NCBI GenBank assembly: GCA_963663475.2
Contig: CAXXJV010000001.1
Location: 2,432,001 to 2,496,000, forward strand
Direction: 5' to 3'
Length of the DNA stretch: 64,000 nucleotides
From: Candidatus Cloacimonadales bacterium
GTDB taxonomy: Bacteria; Cloacimonadota; Cloacimonadia; Cloacimonadales; JAFGVF01
Part shown: positions 23,533 to 34,588 of the stretch, one piece after another
Position numbering within the stretch: the stretch's first letter is position 1
Layout of the letters: each line of letters begins with the position of its first letter
Notes under the pieces: generated by a model
The model's database searches: none
What the model was told of the DNA's origin: nothing
The model's input: only the letters and a program-made list of their open reading frames with translations
Program-made: the position numbers and the translations under genes

Positions 23533-25077
23533 TTAGTGTCTGAAGTGTCTTGTCGAGGTCATTACCATAGCGATGTTATGTTCATTACAAGCATCAATAA
23601 CCTCAGGATCTCCTTTAGAACCACCTGGTTGAATGACAGCAGTAACTCCGTATTGAACAAGTTGATCAATAGAGTCTCTGAAAGGGAAGAAACCGTCAGA
23701 AGCACAGATTGAATTTTCTAAAGACAGGGAGAATTTTTTTGCTTTAGAGATTGCTATTTCAGTTGAATCTATTCGAGAAGTTTGTCCAATACCTAGTCCA
23801 AGAGTTTGATCATTGCTAGTAAAAGCTACAGCATTTGATTTAAGAGAAGCAACACAGTTCCAGCCAAATTTAAGAGCTTGCCATTCTTTTTCTGTAGGTT
23901 GTCTTTTAGTAGCTACCTGCCAGTTATCAGGATTATCTTTATCAATATCGTTGTCTTGGACTAAGAATCCATTCATACATGAGACAACATTAGAACGCTT
24001 TTTAAGCAAGTCTAGTTTATCTACATTAAAAGAAAGAAGTCTTCTATTTTTCTTTTTTTGTAGAAACTCAATAACACCTTGATCATATTCAGGAGCAATT
24101 ATTATTTCGGTAAAGATTTTATTAATTGCCTTAGCAGTGGTTAGGTCTAGACATCTATTAACAATAACAATACCTCCGAAAGGAGAGAGAGTATCAGTAG
24201 CAAAGGCCTTTTCGTAAGCATCTAGTAAGTTTAATCCAGAGGCAATGCCACAAGGGTTAGTATGTTTAAAAATAGCTACAGTAGGATATTCCTTAAACTT
24301 CATGATTGTTTTTAAGGCAGCGTCAATGTCAAGTAGGTTATTATAAGAAAGTTGCTTGCCGTGTAGAACTTCAATTATGTCTTCTTCTTGATAGAAGTGA
24401 GCTTTCTGATGAGGATTTTCTCCATAGCGAAGGGTATCATTTAGTTTCATAGAGATATTAAGTTGCGAAAAATCCTGATTAAGATTCATGAAGTAATTTG
24501 CAATAGCAGTGTCATAATCCGCAGTATGCATAAAAGCTTTCTGGGCCAAGTAGAGTCTATATTCCTTAGTATCTAGTTTATTTTCAATAACTTCAATTGT
24601 CTTATCATAATCTGCACTATCTGTAATAACATAAACAGAGTCATAGTTTTTAGCAGCAGACCTAATTAAGGTTGGTCCACCTATATCAATATTTTCAATG
24701 ATTTCAGCATGAGTGGAGTCTGGATTATCTAGAGTTTTCTTAAATGGGTAAAGATTAACGCATACTATATCGATTAAATGAATATCGAGTTGCTGAGCTT
24801 GTTCAAGGTGCTGAGGTATTTGGCGATTAGCAAGTATTCCACCATGAATTAAAGGATTTAAGGTTTTGACTCTTCCATCCATAATTTCAGGAAACTTGGT
24901 AATATCACTAACATAGAGGACTTCAATCCCATTATCATTAAGATATTTGGCTGTTCCACCACTAGAGATAATTTCATAATCTAATTTAATCAATTTTTGG
25001 GCAAAGGGTAAAATGTTTTTTTTGTCTGAAAGACTAATCAGAGCTCTCTTCTTCATTAATTTCTCCATTCTTATCAT
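23533..25077 (-). CDS. purH: Bifunctional AICAR transformylase/IMP cyclohydrolase (likely start MKKRALIS at ~25056)
   Basis: GRVKTLNP, ENIDIGGPTLIRSAAKN, LRYGENPHQ, ASDGFFPF, RHFRH. Confidence 0.97.
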   Translation of the reverse strand: MIRMEKLMKKRALISLSDKKNILPFAQKLIKLDYEIISSGGTAKYLNDNGIEVLYVSDITKFPEIMDGRVKTLNPLIHGGILANRQIPQHLEQAQQLDIHLIDIVCVNLYPFKKTLDNPDSTHAEIIENIDIGGPTLIRSAAKNYDSVYVITDSADYDKTIEVIENKLDTKEYRLYLAQKAFMHTADYDTAIANYFMNLNQDFSQLNISMKLNDTLRYGENPHQKAHFYQEEDIIEVLHGKQLSYNNLLDIDAALKTIMKFKEYPTVAIFKHTNPCGIASGLNLLDAYEKAFATDTLSPFGGIVIVNRCLDLTTAKAINKIFTEIIIAPEYDQGVIEFLQKKKNRRLLSFNVDKLDLLKKRSNVVSCMNGFLVQDNDIDKDNPDNWQVATKRQPTEKEWQALKFGWNCVASLKSNAVAFTSNDQTLGLGIGQTSRIDSTEIAISKAKKFSLSLENSICASDGFFPFRDSIDQLVQYGVTAVIQPGGSKGDPEVIDACNEHNIAMVMTSTRHFRH

Positions 25078-26047
25078 TATTTATACTTTTATTAATTACA
25101 TCTAATATAGAAGAAAATTGATTTTCTTTTAGGTTATATTTTAGATTAGAATACTCTTTTGAATCGAGCAAGACTCTAATATCAAGTTGTAGTTTATGGA
25201 ATCTTTGGTTTTGAGAAAGCTGGAAAGACTCTCCAGAAGATGATTTTCTAAACATAGAGATGATTAGGATACCAAAGAGGATAAGTAGCCAATTAAGATA
25301 GAGCCACAGGACAGTAATAGGGATTGTAGCAAGGAGACCAAAATCAGAATTAAAGTTTATTGAGTTCCTAACATAGATATCAAAAGCAAACTTTGCTATA
25401 TACCATGCCAAGGTAGTAATTAATGTTCCTTTTATCAAATCATTTTTACTTATTCTAATACTCGGCATAAAGAGGTAAAGGATAGTAAGCAAGGTAAATT
25501 GCAGAATAATGGGTATGAAATAAGAGATGATTCTGGCAAATGTTGAAATAACAGGAATTTCTTGAATCACAGAAGCTGAAACAAGGGTAAATATAAGAAT
25601 CATTAGTAGGAATCCAAAAAATATTGAGCCTATAAACTTTGTTAGTTTAGCAAAAATATCTATCTGATGACTTTGGTGAATGTCAAGAATCTTATCAAAA
25701 GTTTTGTTAAGAATATTAAACATAGAGAATGAACTAAAGCCAACAAAGATAAAGGAATATATATTCAAGCTAAGCTTTTTATTGAGAGCTAATTCGATTA
25801 ATTCTTTAACCTTAGCAGCAGTTTCCGGAATAAAGTTATCTAATATTCTAGCAATATAGACACTTTTATCAACATTTAGAATATTTGGCAGGATTAAGAA
25901 GGCAAAGGATAGCATAGGGATAATGGCAACCATGGATATAAAGGTAAGATTAGCTGCTTCTTTCATTAGACCTAGTTCGAAAATTTTTAAGACAAATATC
26001 TTAGATGTTTTAAAACTCTTGCTAACTATCCTTTTTAAAGTAATCAT
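25034..26047 (-). CDS. YihY/virulence factor BrkB family inner membrane protein
   Basis: AANLTFISMVAIIP, multiple TM helices, FGLLATIPITVLWLYLNW. Confidence 0.85.
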   Translation of the reverse strand: MITLKRIVSKSFKTSKIFVLKIFELGLMKEAANLTFISMVAIIPMLSFAFLILPNILNVDKSVYIARILDNFIPETAAKVKELIELALNKKLSLNIYSFIFVGFSSFSMFNILNKTFDKILDIHQSHQIDIFAKLTKFIGSIFFGFLLMILIFTLVSASVIQEIPVISTFARIISYFIPIILQFTLLTILYLFMPSIRISKNDLIKGTLITTLAWYIAKFAFDIYVRNSINFNSDFGLLATIPITVLWLYLNWLLILFGILIISMFRKSSSGESFQLSQNQRFHKLQLDIRVLLDSKEYSNLKYNLKENQFSSILDVINKSINNDKNGEINEEESSD

Positions 26048-27291
26048 TATTCAGTCCTTAGAGCCGTTACAGGATTAAGAGAGCAGGCTTTCCAGGAAGG
26101 TATAACACCAAAGATAAGTCCAACTCCTGAAGACATTAAGAGGGCAATAATAATTAATTGCGAGGTAACTGCAATACTAACATTAACATAACCTGCAACA
26201 ATATCTGCCAGGCCAATACCCACAAATATTCCAACTATTCCACCTAGGGTCGTAATAATAATAGTTTGGATTAAGAATTGGAGGAAAATATCTAATTTTG
26301 AACCACCTACTGACATTCTTACCCCTATTTCACGAGTTCTTTCTTTGATTGTAGCCAGCATGATATTCATAATCACAATTCCACCAACCAAAAGGGAAAT
26401 AGCTGATATGAAATAGAAAATTATATTAAATTTAGATGAATTTTCTAAAATCTCTTCTCTTCGCTCCAAGTTAGAACTGGTTTTATAAACTGGTTTATTA
26501 TTGAATTGAGCATTTAAAGTTTTTTCAACTTTGGCTTGAACTGACTCAGTCAAAGATTCATCTGTAGTAAGTATGGAAAAGTTGGTTATACTATTGTATC
26601 TAGGATTTAATTTTAGTGACGTAGTTATGGGTACTAGGATCATATCATTCTTCCATTCAAGCCAGTTTCCTTGACCTAGTTCAGATTGTCCCATAAATTC
26701 ACGATAATCTAAGATACCTATAACAGTTAAGAAATCTCCCCCAACATTTATTTTCTTACCTATAGGATTTATAGACCCAAACAGATTCATTCTTGCATTG
26801 GAACCTATTAAAGCAACATCATTGTTTGCTTTGTAGTCAAACTGATTAAACATTCGTCCTTCCTGCACACCCCAGTCTTCAACTTTAAAGAAATCATCAT
26901 CTACCGCCCTATACCAAGGAGCTACATCATTTTTCCCATATTTTATTGAGTTATTCCATACAGTTAAGTTTAAATCAAGACTTTCAATACCCTGGATAGG
27001 TCTGAGTAATTCTTTTAATTCATCATATTCAAATCTTTTTCTTCTATTTACCTGTTCATTAAACTCCCAGTTAACATAGACTTCTATTTTCTTGAAACCA
27101 CCAGTTTCTTCAATCCAGCTAGTAGTTTGTTTAATAGAACCTTGCACAATACTCATAACTATGATAATGGAAGCTGTACCCAGGATTATTCCCATAACAG
27201 TAACAATGGTTCTAATCTTCTTAGCCCAGAAGTCTTGCAGGCTTTGATTAACTACTTCTTTAAAGGAAATCGCCATTATGTATCTTCCCAT
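26047..27291 (-). CDS. ABC transporter permease (MacB/FtsX family)
   Basis: RTIVTVMGIILG, ISLLVGGIVIMNIMLATIKERTREIGVRMSVG, LNPVTALR. Confidence 0.92.
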   Translation of the reverse strand: MGRYIMAISFKEVVNQSLQDFWAKKIRTIVTVMGIILGTASIIIVMSIVQGSIKQTTSWIEETGGFKKIEVYVNWEFNEQVNRRKRFEYDELKELLRPIQGIESLDLNLTVWNNSIKYGKNDVAPWYRAVDDDFFKVEDWGVQEGRMFNQFDYKANNDVALIGSNARMNLFGSINPIGKKINVGGDFLTVIGILDYREFMGQSELGQGNWLEWKNDMILVPITTSLKLNPRYNSITNFSILTTDESLTESVQAKVEKTLNAQFNNKPVYKTSSNLERREEILENSSKFNIIFYFISAISLLVGGIVIMNIMLATIKERTREIGVRMSVGGSKLDIFLQFLIQTIIITTLGGIVGIFVGIGLADIVAGYVNVSIAVTSQLIIIALLMSSGVGLIFGVIPSWKACSLNPVTALRTE

Positions 27292-27940
27292 CTACAATAG
27301 TGATTACTCTATCAGCTTTTTCAGCAATAGACTTATCATGTGTAACAACAATAACAGTATTCCCGAGAGAATGAAGTTGTTTGAAAATTGACATTATATC
27401 AGAACCAGAGCTTGTATCAAGATTGCCTGTAGGTTCATCAGCTAAGATGATAGAAGGACTATTCACAATTGCTCTTGCGATAGCAACTCTTTGTCTTTGC
27501 CCTCCCGAAAGCTCTGAAGGTTTATGTTTTAATCTATCTCCTAAGCCTACTGATGTAAGAACTTCAATAGCCTTTTTTTCCCTTTTAGACTTAGAAACGC
27601 CACCATATAAGAGTGGGAGTTCAACATTCTTTTGAATGTTTATATGAGGTAAAAGGTTAAAAGTCTGAAATACGAAACCAATCTTATTGTTCCGTATTTT
27701 AGCTAATTTGCCTTTACTTAATTTTTCTACATTGATGCCATCAAGTATATAAGAACCTTTTGAGGGGGAATCAAGACAGCCAAGTATATGCATTAGGGTT
27801 GATTTACCTGAACCTGAAGGTCCGATAATAGCGACAAATTCACCTTGTTTAATACTAATTTCAACACCTTGAAGAGCATTTACTTGAACTTTTCCCATGC
27901 TATAGGTTTTAACCAAATCTTCTGTACGAATTATTTCCAT
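27260..27940 (-). CDS. ABC transporter ATP-binding protein (LolD/MacB-like)
   Basis: [34 protein letters not shown]. Confidence 0.95.
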   Translation of the reverse strand: MEIIRTEDLVKTYSMGKVQVNALQGVEISIKQGEFVAIIGPSGSGKSTLMHILGCLDSPSKGSYILDGINVEKLSKGKLAKIRNNKIGFVFQTFNLLPHINIQKNVELPLLYGGVSKSKREKKAIEVLTSVGLGDRLKHKPSELSGGQRQRVAIARAIVNSPSIILADEPTGNLDTSSGSDIMSIFKQLHSLGNTVIVVTHDKSIAEKADRVITIVDGKIHNGDFL

Positions 27941-27952
27941 ATTTGCCTACAT

Positions 27953-29671
27953 TTATTTATTTTGATCTATCATTAATATCTGTCTAACTTTTGCTGCAAA
28001 GCTACTGTTAGGATATTGAGTTAAAAAGTTTCTAGCCATATCTTGAGCTAACTGTGATTTATCATCTTCTAAGTAAAGCAAGATTACTGCTGCATAGTCG
28101 CGAGCAAAATCTTCTTTAAAGTTAACAGAAAGTAATTTTCTTGCTCTCTGATAATTCATGTTATCAATATTCATTTGAGCATTTTTTATAAGAAAGTATT
28201 CATTGCCACTTGCATGATAGAGTTGGCTATATAATGAATCAGCTTGCTCAAGTAAGAATAGTTTTTCTTTACGATATGCGTCAAGAAAAAGATTCTTTTC
28301 ATTATCTTTTAAAGATTTTAGGATGTATTTTAAGTCAAGCATTTCAATAGTAAAATCTGATTCAGGAGCTTGGATAATTAGCTCAGTAGCTAAAGAGTCA
28401 GCAATAGAACCATTTTGAAAGATTTCAAACAAATAGTAATTAAAGAAGTAGTTAGAGTTTTTACCATAGTTTGCTAACTGATCTAAATATTTTTTTGCTT
28501 GTGAATAATCTTCCTGTAAGAGTTTGAAATAACTCAATCTTGACTTCAATGACATTTTCTGGTTATTGTTATAAGCGTATTTTTCTGCTTGATTTAACAG
28601 GTTTTCGTATTGATTTGATAATCCTTTATTTCTTGTTGATATATCTGCCTTGAGCAAATAAGCATCAAATAGTAGATTCCTTTTCAACCCATAATCAGAG
28701 TCAGCAATAACAATATTTAGAAGAGAATCTGCTTGGGCATAACTAGCGCTTTCAAAGAGCATTTGAGCATAGTTTAAAGTATATCTATAATAGAATCTTA
28801 AATCATCAATTTTAGCAATTGCCATTTGATATAAAAGCTGACTAATCTTATATTCTTTTAATCTTTTAAACTGCTCTGCTTTGGTATAAATCTGTTTAGC
28901 ATCATAATTTTCCAATATGCTTAAAGCTAAGGGAATACGGTCATTTGTTAAAAGAGCATGTATATAGATATCAATAATTGCTTGGTTATCTTTAGTTATC
29001 TCTATTTCTTCACTATCGTTACCGAAATGGTCAATTAATACAGAAATTGAGCTAGGATCATTTTTTAATATATTTCTAATTCTAGAGTTAATAAGATTTT
29101 TACTTGCCTTATCATGTTCAAGAGCTAGTAGGTAATAGTTAAGTGCTTGCGAGTAGTTTCTAGCGAAATAGTAAGAATCAGCAAGTTCAAAAGCAAACTT
29201 ATGGGGAAAAAGTTGGTCTCCTATGAGAAAGATATCAATAGACTCTTCATAAGCTCTATAGCGTTGGAATAGTTTTCCCATATTTATATAATCAGCTTGA
29301 GAAGAGGATGTTGTTAAGAAGCTATTTGCTTTTTCCAGGGCAAGTTCAAAATTCTTATCCATGAGCATAAAAGTAATCTCATATTTAATTTTATGATCAT
29401 TTGCTAGAAGATTAGTTTTTTTCTTAAGTAAGTTTAGTCCTTCTTGCCCTTTATTAGTTCTGATATAGAGTTCAAAAAGTGCTATAATTACGTCTTCATC
29501 TTGAGGAAATTTAGTAATTGCTTCCTGATATATTTCTTCTGCTAAGGAGTATTTTCTTACTTTTATCATATCGTTAGCATTATTTAGTAATATCTTTTTC
29601 TCATCATAGTTTGCAAAGAGGCCAATAGAGCAAATCAGAAAGAAGATAATGGTGATAAGTTTTCTATTCAT
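27953..29671 (-). CDS. Secreted TPR-repeat protein
   Basis: Signal peptide, repeated A..Y..A helices, C-terminal 'FLTQYPNSSFA'. Confidence 0.7.
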   Translation of the reverse strand: MNRKLITIIFFLICSIGLFANYDEKKILLNNANDMIKVRKYSLAEEIYQEAITKFPQDEDVIIALFELYIRTNKGQEGLNLLKKKTNLLANDHKIKYEITFMLMDKNFELALEKANSFLTTSSSQADYINMGKLFQRYRAYEESIDIFLIGDQLFPHKFAFELADSYYFARNYSQALNYYLLALEHDKASKNLINSRIRNILKNDPSSISVLIDHFGNDSEEIEITKDNQAIIDIYIHALLTNDRIPLALSILENYDAKQIYTKAEQFKRLKEYKISQLLYQMAIAKIDDLRFYYRYTLNYAQMLFESASYAQADSLLNIVIADSDYGLKRNLLFDAYLLKADISTRNKGLSNQYENLLNQAEKYAYNNNQKMSLKSRLSYFKLLQEDYSQAKKYLDQLANYGKNSNYFFNYYLFEIFQNGSIADSLATELIIQAPESDFTIEMLDLKYILKSLKDNEKNLFLDAYRKEKLFLLEQADSLYSQLYHASGNEYFLIKNAQMNIDNMNYQRARKLLSVNFKEDFARDYAAVILLYLEDDKSQLAQDMARNFLTQYPNSSFAAKVRQILMIDQNK

Positions 29672-29672
29672 T

Positions 29673-32600
29673 TTAATCCCTATTAATTCTTTTAAGGTAT
29701 TCTAGTATAATCTTTTGATATTCTTTTGAGTAAGCTCTGTACTCTTCTTCAAGCAGGGCATTTTTCTCTAGTTCTTTAAATCTCAGTTCAAGTTCTTCTG
29801 GACTATCCCATAATTTATCATCAGCTTCTTGTCCTTTTCTCTTCTTACTCTGATCTTTCTTATTAATTGATTTGGTAGCTTCAAGCATACGTGAAAGAAT
29901 ATTTTCTTGTTGTTTAAGTAGTTCTTGGTCCATTTTATTAAAACGTAACTTCTGAGAAACATCTTCCAGCTCTTCAATTAATCTATTTAGTCCTGCAGCT
30001 TGTTTTTGTGCTTGAGGGTTAGTTTGAATCATTCTTTTCAAGTTTTCAGCAAGCCTGTTTTCATCAGCTGACATTTGTCTCATCTGACCTCTCATTTCAT
30101 TAGATAATTGTGGCTTACCTTGTCCTAATTGTTGCATCATTTCTTGAGCTAACATGTTCATTGCCATTTGCTCTTGTCCCATTTGCTGCATTTCTTGCAT
30201 GAAATCTTGCATACCCCCTGAGCCTCCAGATTGCTGACTTCCCTCATCAGCAAGGAGAGCAAAAATCATCAGGTTTAAACCTGCTTGAATATCCTTCATA
30301 TGATTTTTGGCAGTATAAATCTTTTTGTCACTCACATCTGTAAAGAAAGCATTATAGGCAGACATTGTGTTTGAGAGGTCAAACATAAACTTAGGATTAA
30401 GTGATAGCATAACTTCAGGAACTGAAAAGAATTTTCTCATAGATTTATCAAGCATGTCATGTTGAACAATCATATTATCAAAAATTAAAAAAGGATCATT
30501 GTCCATTAGAAGGCTTAAATCTTTATGATCTTTTGTGTAATACAATAATTCTTTTATCAATTTATCTTTTGCTGCTTGGGCTTCTTTACTTTTAATACTA
30601 GACATCATAGATTGCATAGACATCATTGATTGTGACATCTTCTCCATCTGAGAAAGCATTTGTTCTTGAGAAGTTTGAGTGCTAGTCGCTTTATCCATTT
30701 TCATTTGCTCAGAGATAGCTTGCATTTGCTGAGACATCTGATTCATATCAACTTGACTTTTCATCTTACTTAATTCATCTTTGACTGGTTTATCAGAAGG
30801 AGAATTAAGCATTTGAGAGAGTTTTTCAGTTTCTTCTTGCAAGGCTTTTAGCTTGTCTTGAATATCATCTTGTTGCTTTGCTAAGTCTTGATTATCTCCA
30901 TTATTCTTAGTGTCTTCTAAGAGATTTTCCTGCATCTCCTGCATTTCTTGGGTTAAACCTAGCATTTTCTCTAAACTCTGATTCTTTTTAAGTTCCTCCA
31001 GCATCTTAAGTGTTTGCTCTAACTTCTCATTAAAATCTTCCATTGAAAACTTCATTTCTTCCAGAGCTTTCTTAAAGTCTTCTGAATCAAGTTCAGACAT
31101 TTTATCTTTCATCTTTTGCATTAGTTCTTGCATTTCTGCTGTATTTATCTCTTCCATTAACTCCTTAATCTTTTCCATCTTTTGTAATGTTTCCTGAGTT
31201 AAGGCTTCATTCTTACTAGCTTCTTGTATCATTTCTTGCATTTTTTCAATTGATTTTTCTACATTTTGAGAAAGTTCTTCTTGTTGAGAAAGCATATTTT
31301 CTATTTCTTCTTTATCTTTCCATTCAAGTTGGTCTTTCTTAAGTAGCTCTCGTCTTTTTTTCTCAAAGTCTTCTTGAAGTTGATCAGATTCTTTTAAAGT
31401 TTGATTCATGAGGGCCTTTTGTTGTTCTTCAGCCTCTTCTATATCTTGAAAAATTTCCTGTAAAGTAGGTATTCTGAGATTTATCTTATCAGACTCTACC
31501 CTATGTTTCTTACCCAAATTATCTTCTACAGAAGCCCAGAAGGTAACTTCATCTCCAGGAAACATCTTATATTCAGAAAGGTCTAATAACATAGAATAGT
31601 TATAAATTTTATTATTTATAGAAGCAAAAATAAGACTATCATATTTGACTGTATTTGATAATTCATAGGAAAGTTTTAAGTTTTGCAAGCCATAATCATC
31701 ACTTATTTTTATAGTTAAAGGAATAATTTGATTTTTAGCCATTTTACCATTTTGGGGATAATCACTGATTTCGATTTCAGGCTTAAGGTCTGGTATTACA
31801 CTAATCTTTTTAAAGGGAGAGATGTATTGGTCATCATATGTATTAATAATCTTTAATTGATAATCAGCATTTACACTAAGAGTTAAATCAAATAGAGCTA
31901 GATTTTCTCCTACTTTACTTCCTTTAATTGCCTGTCCATCTCGGTAAACCATCCAAGCATCTTTTATCTGGCTATTAGTAGTTACTAGAATCTTTACTTG
32001 ACTACCCTCAATAGCTGAAATATTACCTAGAAGTAGAGTATCTTGCTCTGATTCAAGTCTAGTATAAGCTGGATAAGTGTAAATTACTCTGATTTGATTG
32101 ACAGCTATTCTTTCATATACATTAATTCTGTATATAGGGGTTTTTGCATGCTGATTAGACACATAATAATCAAGAGAATAATCTAGATTTTCAAAAACAT
32201 AAGTATCAGATGTTAAGGGGATATTTCTCCATTTTTCATCTCTTCTCACTGACAAAATATAGTTTAGTTCTTTGTTATAATTATGAATAGTTAGAGGAAG
32301 GTTTTGATTAGTAACTAGGCTTGTATCTCCTGGAGAAAGATTTATGGAATAATCAATCTGGGCTTTGGGCATAGCATTTAGATAAAATGAGGTCCAGGTA
32401 GCTTTAAAGTTTGCGGAGAAGACTGAGAAGAGAAGTAGGTGTCCTAAAGCTAAGAAAACATAAAAAACTAGTGATTTTTTTGTTAATAGAGGAGGAAAGA
32501 TAAGTCTTGTAGAAATTACTTTTTCATCACTCCTTTTGATAATCTTCTTTATAAAAGGATCATCAGACTTATAATCTTGAGATTCAAGTAATTCAAGAGT

Positions 32601-32903
32601 TGATAAAAAAGTATCATTCTTATCTGCATTAATTTTATCAATTTTTCTAGCAGATAAATAATTGTTTAAAAATCTATCTTTTGCAGAAAATATAATATAG
32701 ATAAGTAATAAAGCTCCAGTAACTCTCAGGGTTAAAGCTGTATAGAAAAGTTCTAAAGTATGCCCTTCAATTAGGTTATAGGCAACATTAAAGATTTGAA
32801 ATAGAGTTATCAAAAGAAAAATAACCTCTATTGCTAATCTTCCGCTAATTATCAAATTATATTTATTTTTGTAATCTTCTATTACTTTTTTAAATTTATG
32901 CAT
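29673..32903 (-). CDS. DUF4175-like membrane-anchored Ig-fold/coiled-coil protein
   Basis: N-terminal TM helices, YPAYT and SDDYGL motifs, long Q/M/E-rich coiled coil, C-terminal 'EYQKIILEYLKRI'. Confidence 0.7.
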   Translation of the reverse strand: MHKFKKVIEDYKNKYNLIISGRLAIEVIFLLITLFQIFNVAYNLIEGHTLELFYTALTLRVTGALLLIYIIFSAKDRFLNNYLSARKIDKINADKNDTFLSTLELLESQDYKSDDPFIKKIIKRSDEKVISTRLIFPPLLTKKSLVFYVFLALGHLLLFSVFSANFKATWTSFYLNAMPKAQIDYSINLSPGDTSLVTNQNLPLTIHNYNKELNYILSVRRDEKWRNIPLTSDTYVFENLDYSLDYYVSNQHAKTPIYRINVYERIAVNQIRVIYTYPAYTRLESEQDTLLLGNISAIEGSQVKILVTTNSQIKDAWMVYRDGQAIKGSKVGENLALFDLTLSVNADYQLKIINTYDDQYISPFKKISVIPDLKPEIEISDYPQNGKMAKNQIIPLTIKISDDYGLQNLKLSYELSNTVKYDSLIFASINNKIYNYSMLLDLSEYKMFPGDEVTFWASVEDNLGKKHRVESDKINLRIPTLQEIFQDIEEAEEQQKALMNQTLKESDQLQEDFEKKRRELLKKDQLEWKDKEEIENMLSQQEELSQNVEKSIEKMQEMIQEASKNEALTQETLQKMEKIKELMEEINTAEMQELMQKMKDKMSELDSEDFKKALEEMKFSMEDFNEKLEQTLKMLEELKKNQSLEKMLGLTQEMQEMQENLLEDTKNNGDNQDLAKQQDDIQDKLKALQEETEKLSQMLNSPSDKPVKDELSKMKSQVDMNQMSQQMQAISEQMKMDKATSTQTSQEQMLSQMEKMSQSMMSMQSMMSSIKSKEAQAAKDKLIKELLYYTKDHKDLSLLMDNDPFLIFDNMIVQHDMLDKSMRKFFSVPEVMLSLNPKFMFDLSNTMSAYNAFFTDVSDKKIYTAKNHMKDIQAGLNLMIFALLADEGSQQSGGSGGMQDFMQEMQQMGQEQMAMNMLAQEMMQQLGQGKPQLSNEMRGQMRQMSADENRLAENLKRMIQTNPQAQKQAAGLNRLIEELEDVSQKLRFNKMDQELLKQQENILSRMLEATKSINKKDQSKKRKGQEADDKLWDSPEELELRFKELEKNALLEEEYRAYSKEYQKIILEYLKRINRD

Positions 32904-32993
32904 TACAAGCCTTTATTTTTTCTTATCAACTTCACTCAATAGCTAAATTATGTCAAGAACTTAACAATATTTCTCATTTAACCTTTTTTTCAT

Positions 32994-33875
32994 CTACCCT
33001 AAGTTCATATATAGAAAAACTGAACCTAAGAAGATTAAGAGAATAGCTCCGATGAAAGACATAATACGTGAGATCTTGGCTATCGAAGCTTGTTTTTTTA
33101 GAGACAAACTAGCTAATGATTTAATAAACAAGGTTAAGCTATTCAAGACAATTAAAGTAAATGCCATTCCTAAGGCCATAGCTATAACCATCAACACACC
33201 AGTAGAATAAACTCCCATTTTCATTGCATATACAGCTATAATGATTGATCCTGGGCAAGGAACAAACCCTATCATAATTGCAGTTAAAAAGAGATTTTTA
33301 CCTTCATGAGAATGGTCTCTAGAGCTTTTATTAAGAATAGCTTTAATCAAAATATATATACCTAAAAGTATAATTATACCAAAGGATATATTCTGAGCTA
33401 TAATAGAAAAGCGAGTAGAATCTCTGAATAAACTCATACTTAGCAGTTTAAGAATCGCAACTAAAGTTAAACCTGATAATGAATGAAGAAAAGCAAAAAG
33501 AAATGAAGAAGCAACTATATTAGCATACTTGACTTTTGAACCGATTACTTGACTAACAAGAAAAACCTTTCCATGACCTGGTCCTAAAGAATGAATTATA
33601 CCATAAAGAAAAGCTATTCCTAAAGCTAAAAATAGAACTTTACTTGATCTATTAGTCTTGTATTCTCGTAACTTAAGAGATATGCTTCTCCTGATTTCTC
33701 TTTGTTGGTCAGTATTTTTCTCTAAAAAACTTTTCTTACTAGGCTGATCAATATTTTCAATCTTTCTGCTAGTATTTTCTTTGGCAGGTCTTCTTTCTTG
33801 TGAATGATTAAACTGACCTGGTAAAGCTATAGATATTAATACTAGTAAAAGTAAAATTATGTTCTTTAGTTTCAT
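32994..33875 (-). CDS. Nickel/cobalt transporter (RcnA/NiCoT-like)
   Basis: YGIIHSLGPGHGK and GFVPCPGS motifs; paired with a DUF1007-like gene. Confidence 0.88.
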   Translation of the reverse strand: MKLKNIILLLLVLISIALPGQFNHSQERRPAKENTSRKIENIDQPSKKSFLEKNTDQQREIRRSISLKLREYKTNRSSKVLFLALGIAFLYGIIHSLGPGHGKVFLVSQVIGSKVKYANIVASSFLFAFLHSLSGLTLVAILKLLSMSLFRDSTRFSIIAQNISFGIIILLGIYILIKAILNKSSRDHSHEGKNLFLTAIMIGFVPCPGSIIIAVYAMKMGVYSTGVLMVIAMALGMAFTLIVLNSLTLFIKSLASLSLKKQASIAKISRIMSFIGAILLIFLGSVFLYMNLG

Positions 33876-34474
33876 TTCTCAACCTTCCTGAGTGTAACTT
33901 TAACTTCTAAAGGATTTAACTGACCAAAATAATATGCTTTATCTTCATTTTCATAAACTTCTATTGTTTCTTCAATATTATCTTCCTTGATAATTCTTAG
34001 TCCTGAACTTGTATTTACATAGAACTTTGTATAAAACTCACTATCATAAATATTCAATTTTATAATTTGTTCTTCCTCACTTAAGCCAACAGGGACTTTT
34101 ATATCAAACTTATAATAGACATAGATATCTTGACTTCCTACTGAAAAGTTATAGACATCTTTAATGGGCTGTTTTTCTTCATTTAACACTAAATCTGTAT
34201 AATAGCCTACCTCCTTTAATCCTGGAAGTACGCTTTCTTTTAAATCAGCTAATTCTTGAGAATTTATATCCCCATCTCCATCGGTATCAAAGTCTTCCAA
34301 TATTATTATACTTGTTAAATCATCAAACATCCAGCGTTGACTTATAACTAAAGTATCACAGCATGTAGCATCAATATCTAAATCTACTCCAGCAAACAAG
34401 TGAGGATGTGCAGATAAACTAATATTTATTAATAATAAAATAATGATTAATAAATTTCTTCTAAGTATTTTCAT
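33872..34474 (-). CDS. DUF1007 family periplasmic metal-binding protein
   Basis: Signal peptide then AHPHLF, W.FD, EF-hand-like DTDGDG, YDSEFY. Confidence 0.8.
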   Translation of the reverse strand: MKILRRNLLIIILLLINISLSAHPHLFAGVDLDIDATCCDTLVISQRWMFDDLTSIIILEDFDTDGDGDINSQELADLKESVLPGLKEVGYYTDLVLNEEKQPIKDVYNFSVGSQDIYVYYKFDIKVPVGLSEEEQIIKLNIYDSEFYTKFYVNTSSGLRIIKEDNIEETIEVYENEDKAYYFGQLNPLEVKVTLRKVEK

Positions 34475-34588
34475 AATGTCCTCTTTTATGATAAATTTAC
34501 TTTTGCCCTTATTAGGTCAAGAATTTGTTGCAGCTAAATGCTTGAAGAGTCCTAATAATTTAAAGTCGATAAACTACTAGCGGGTATG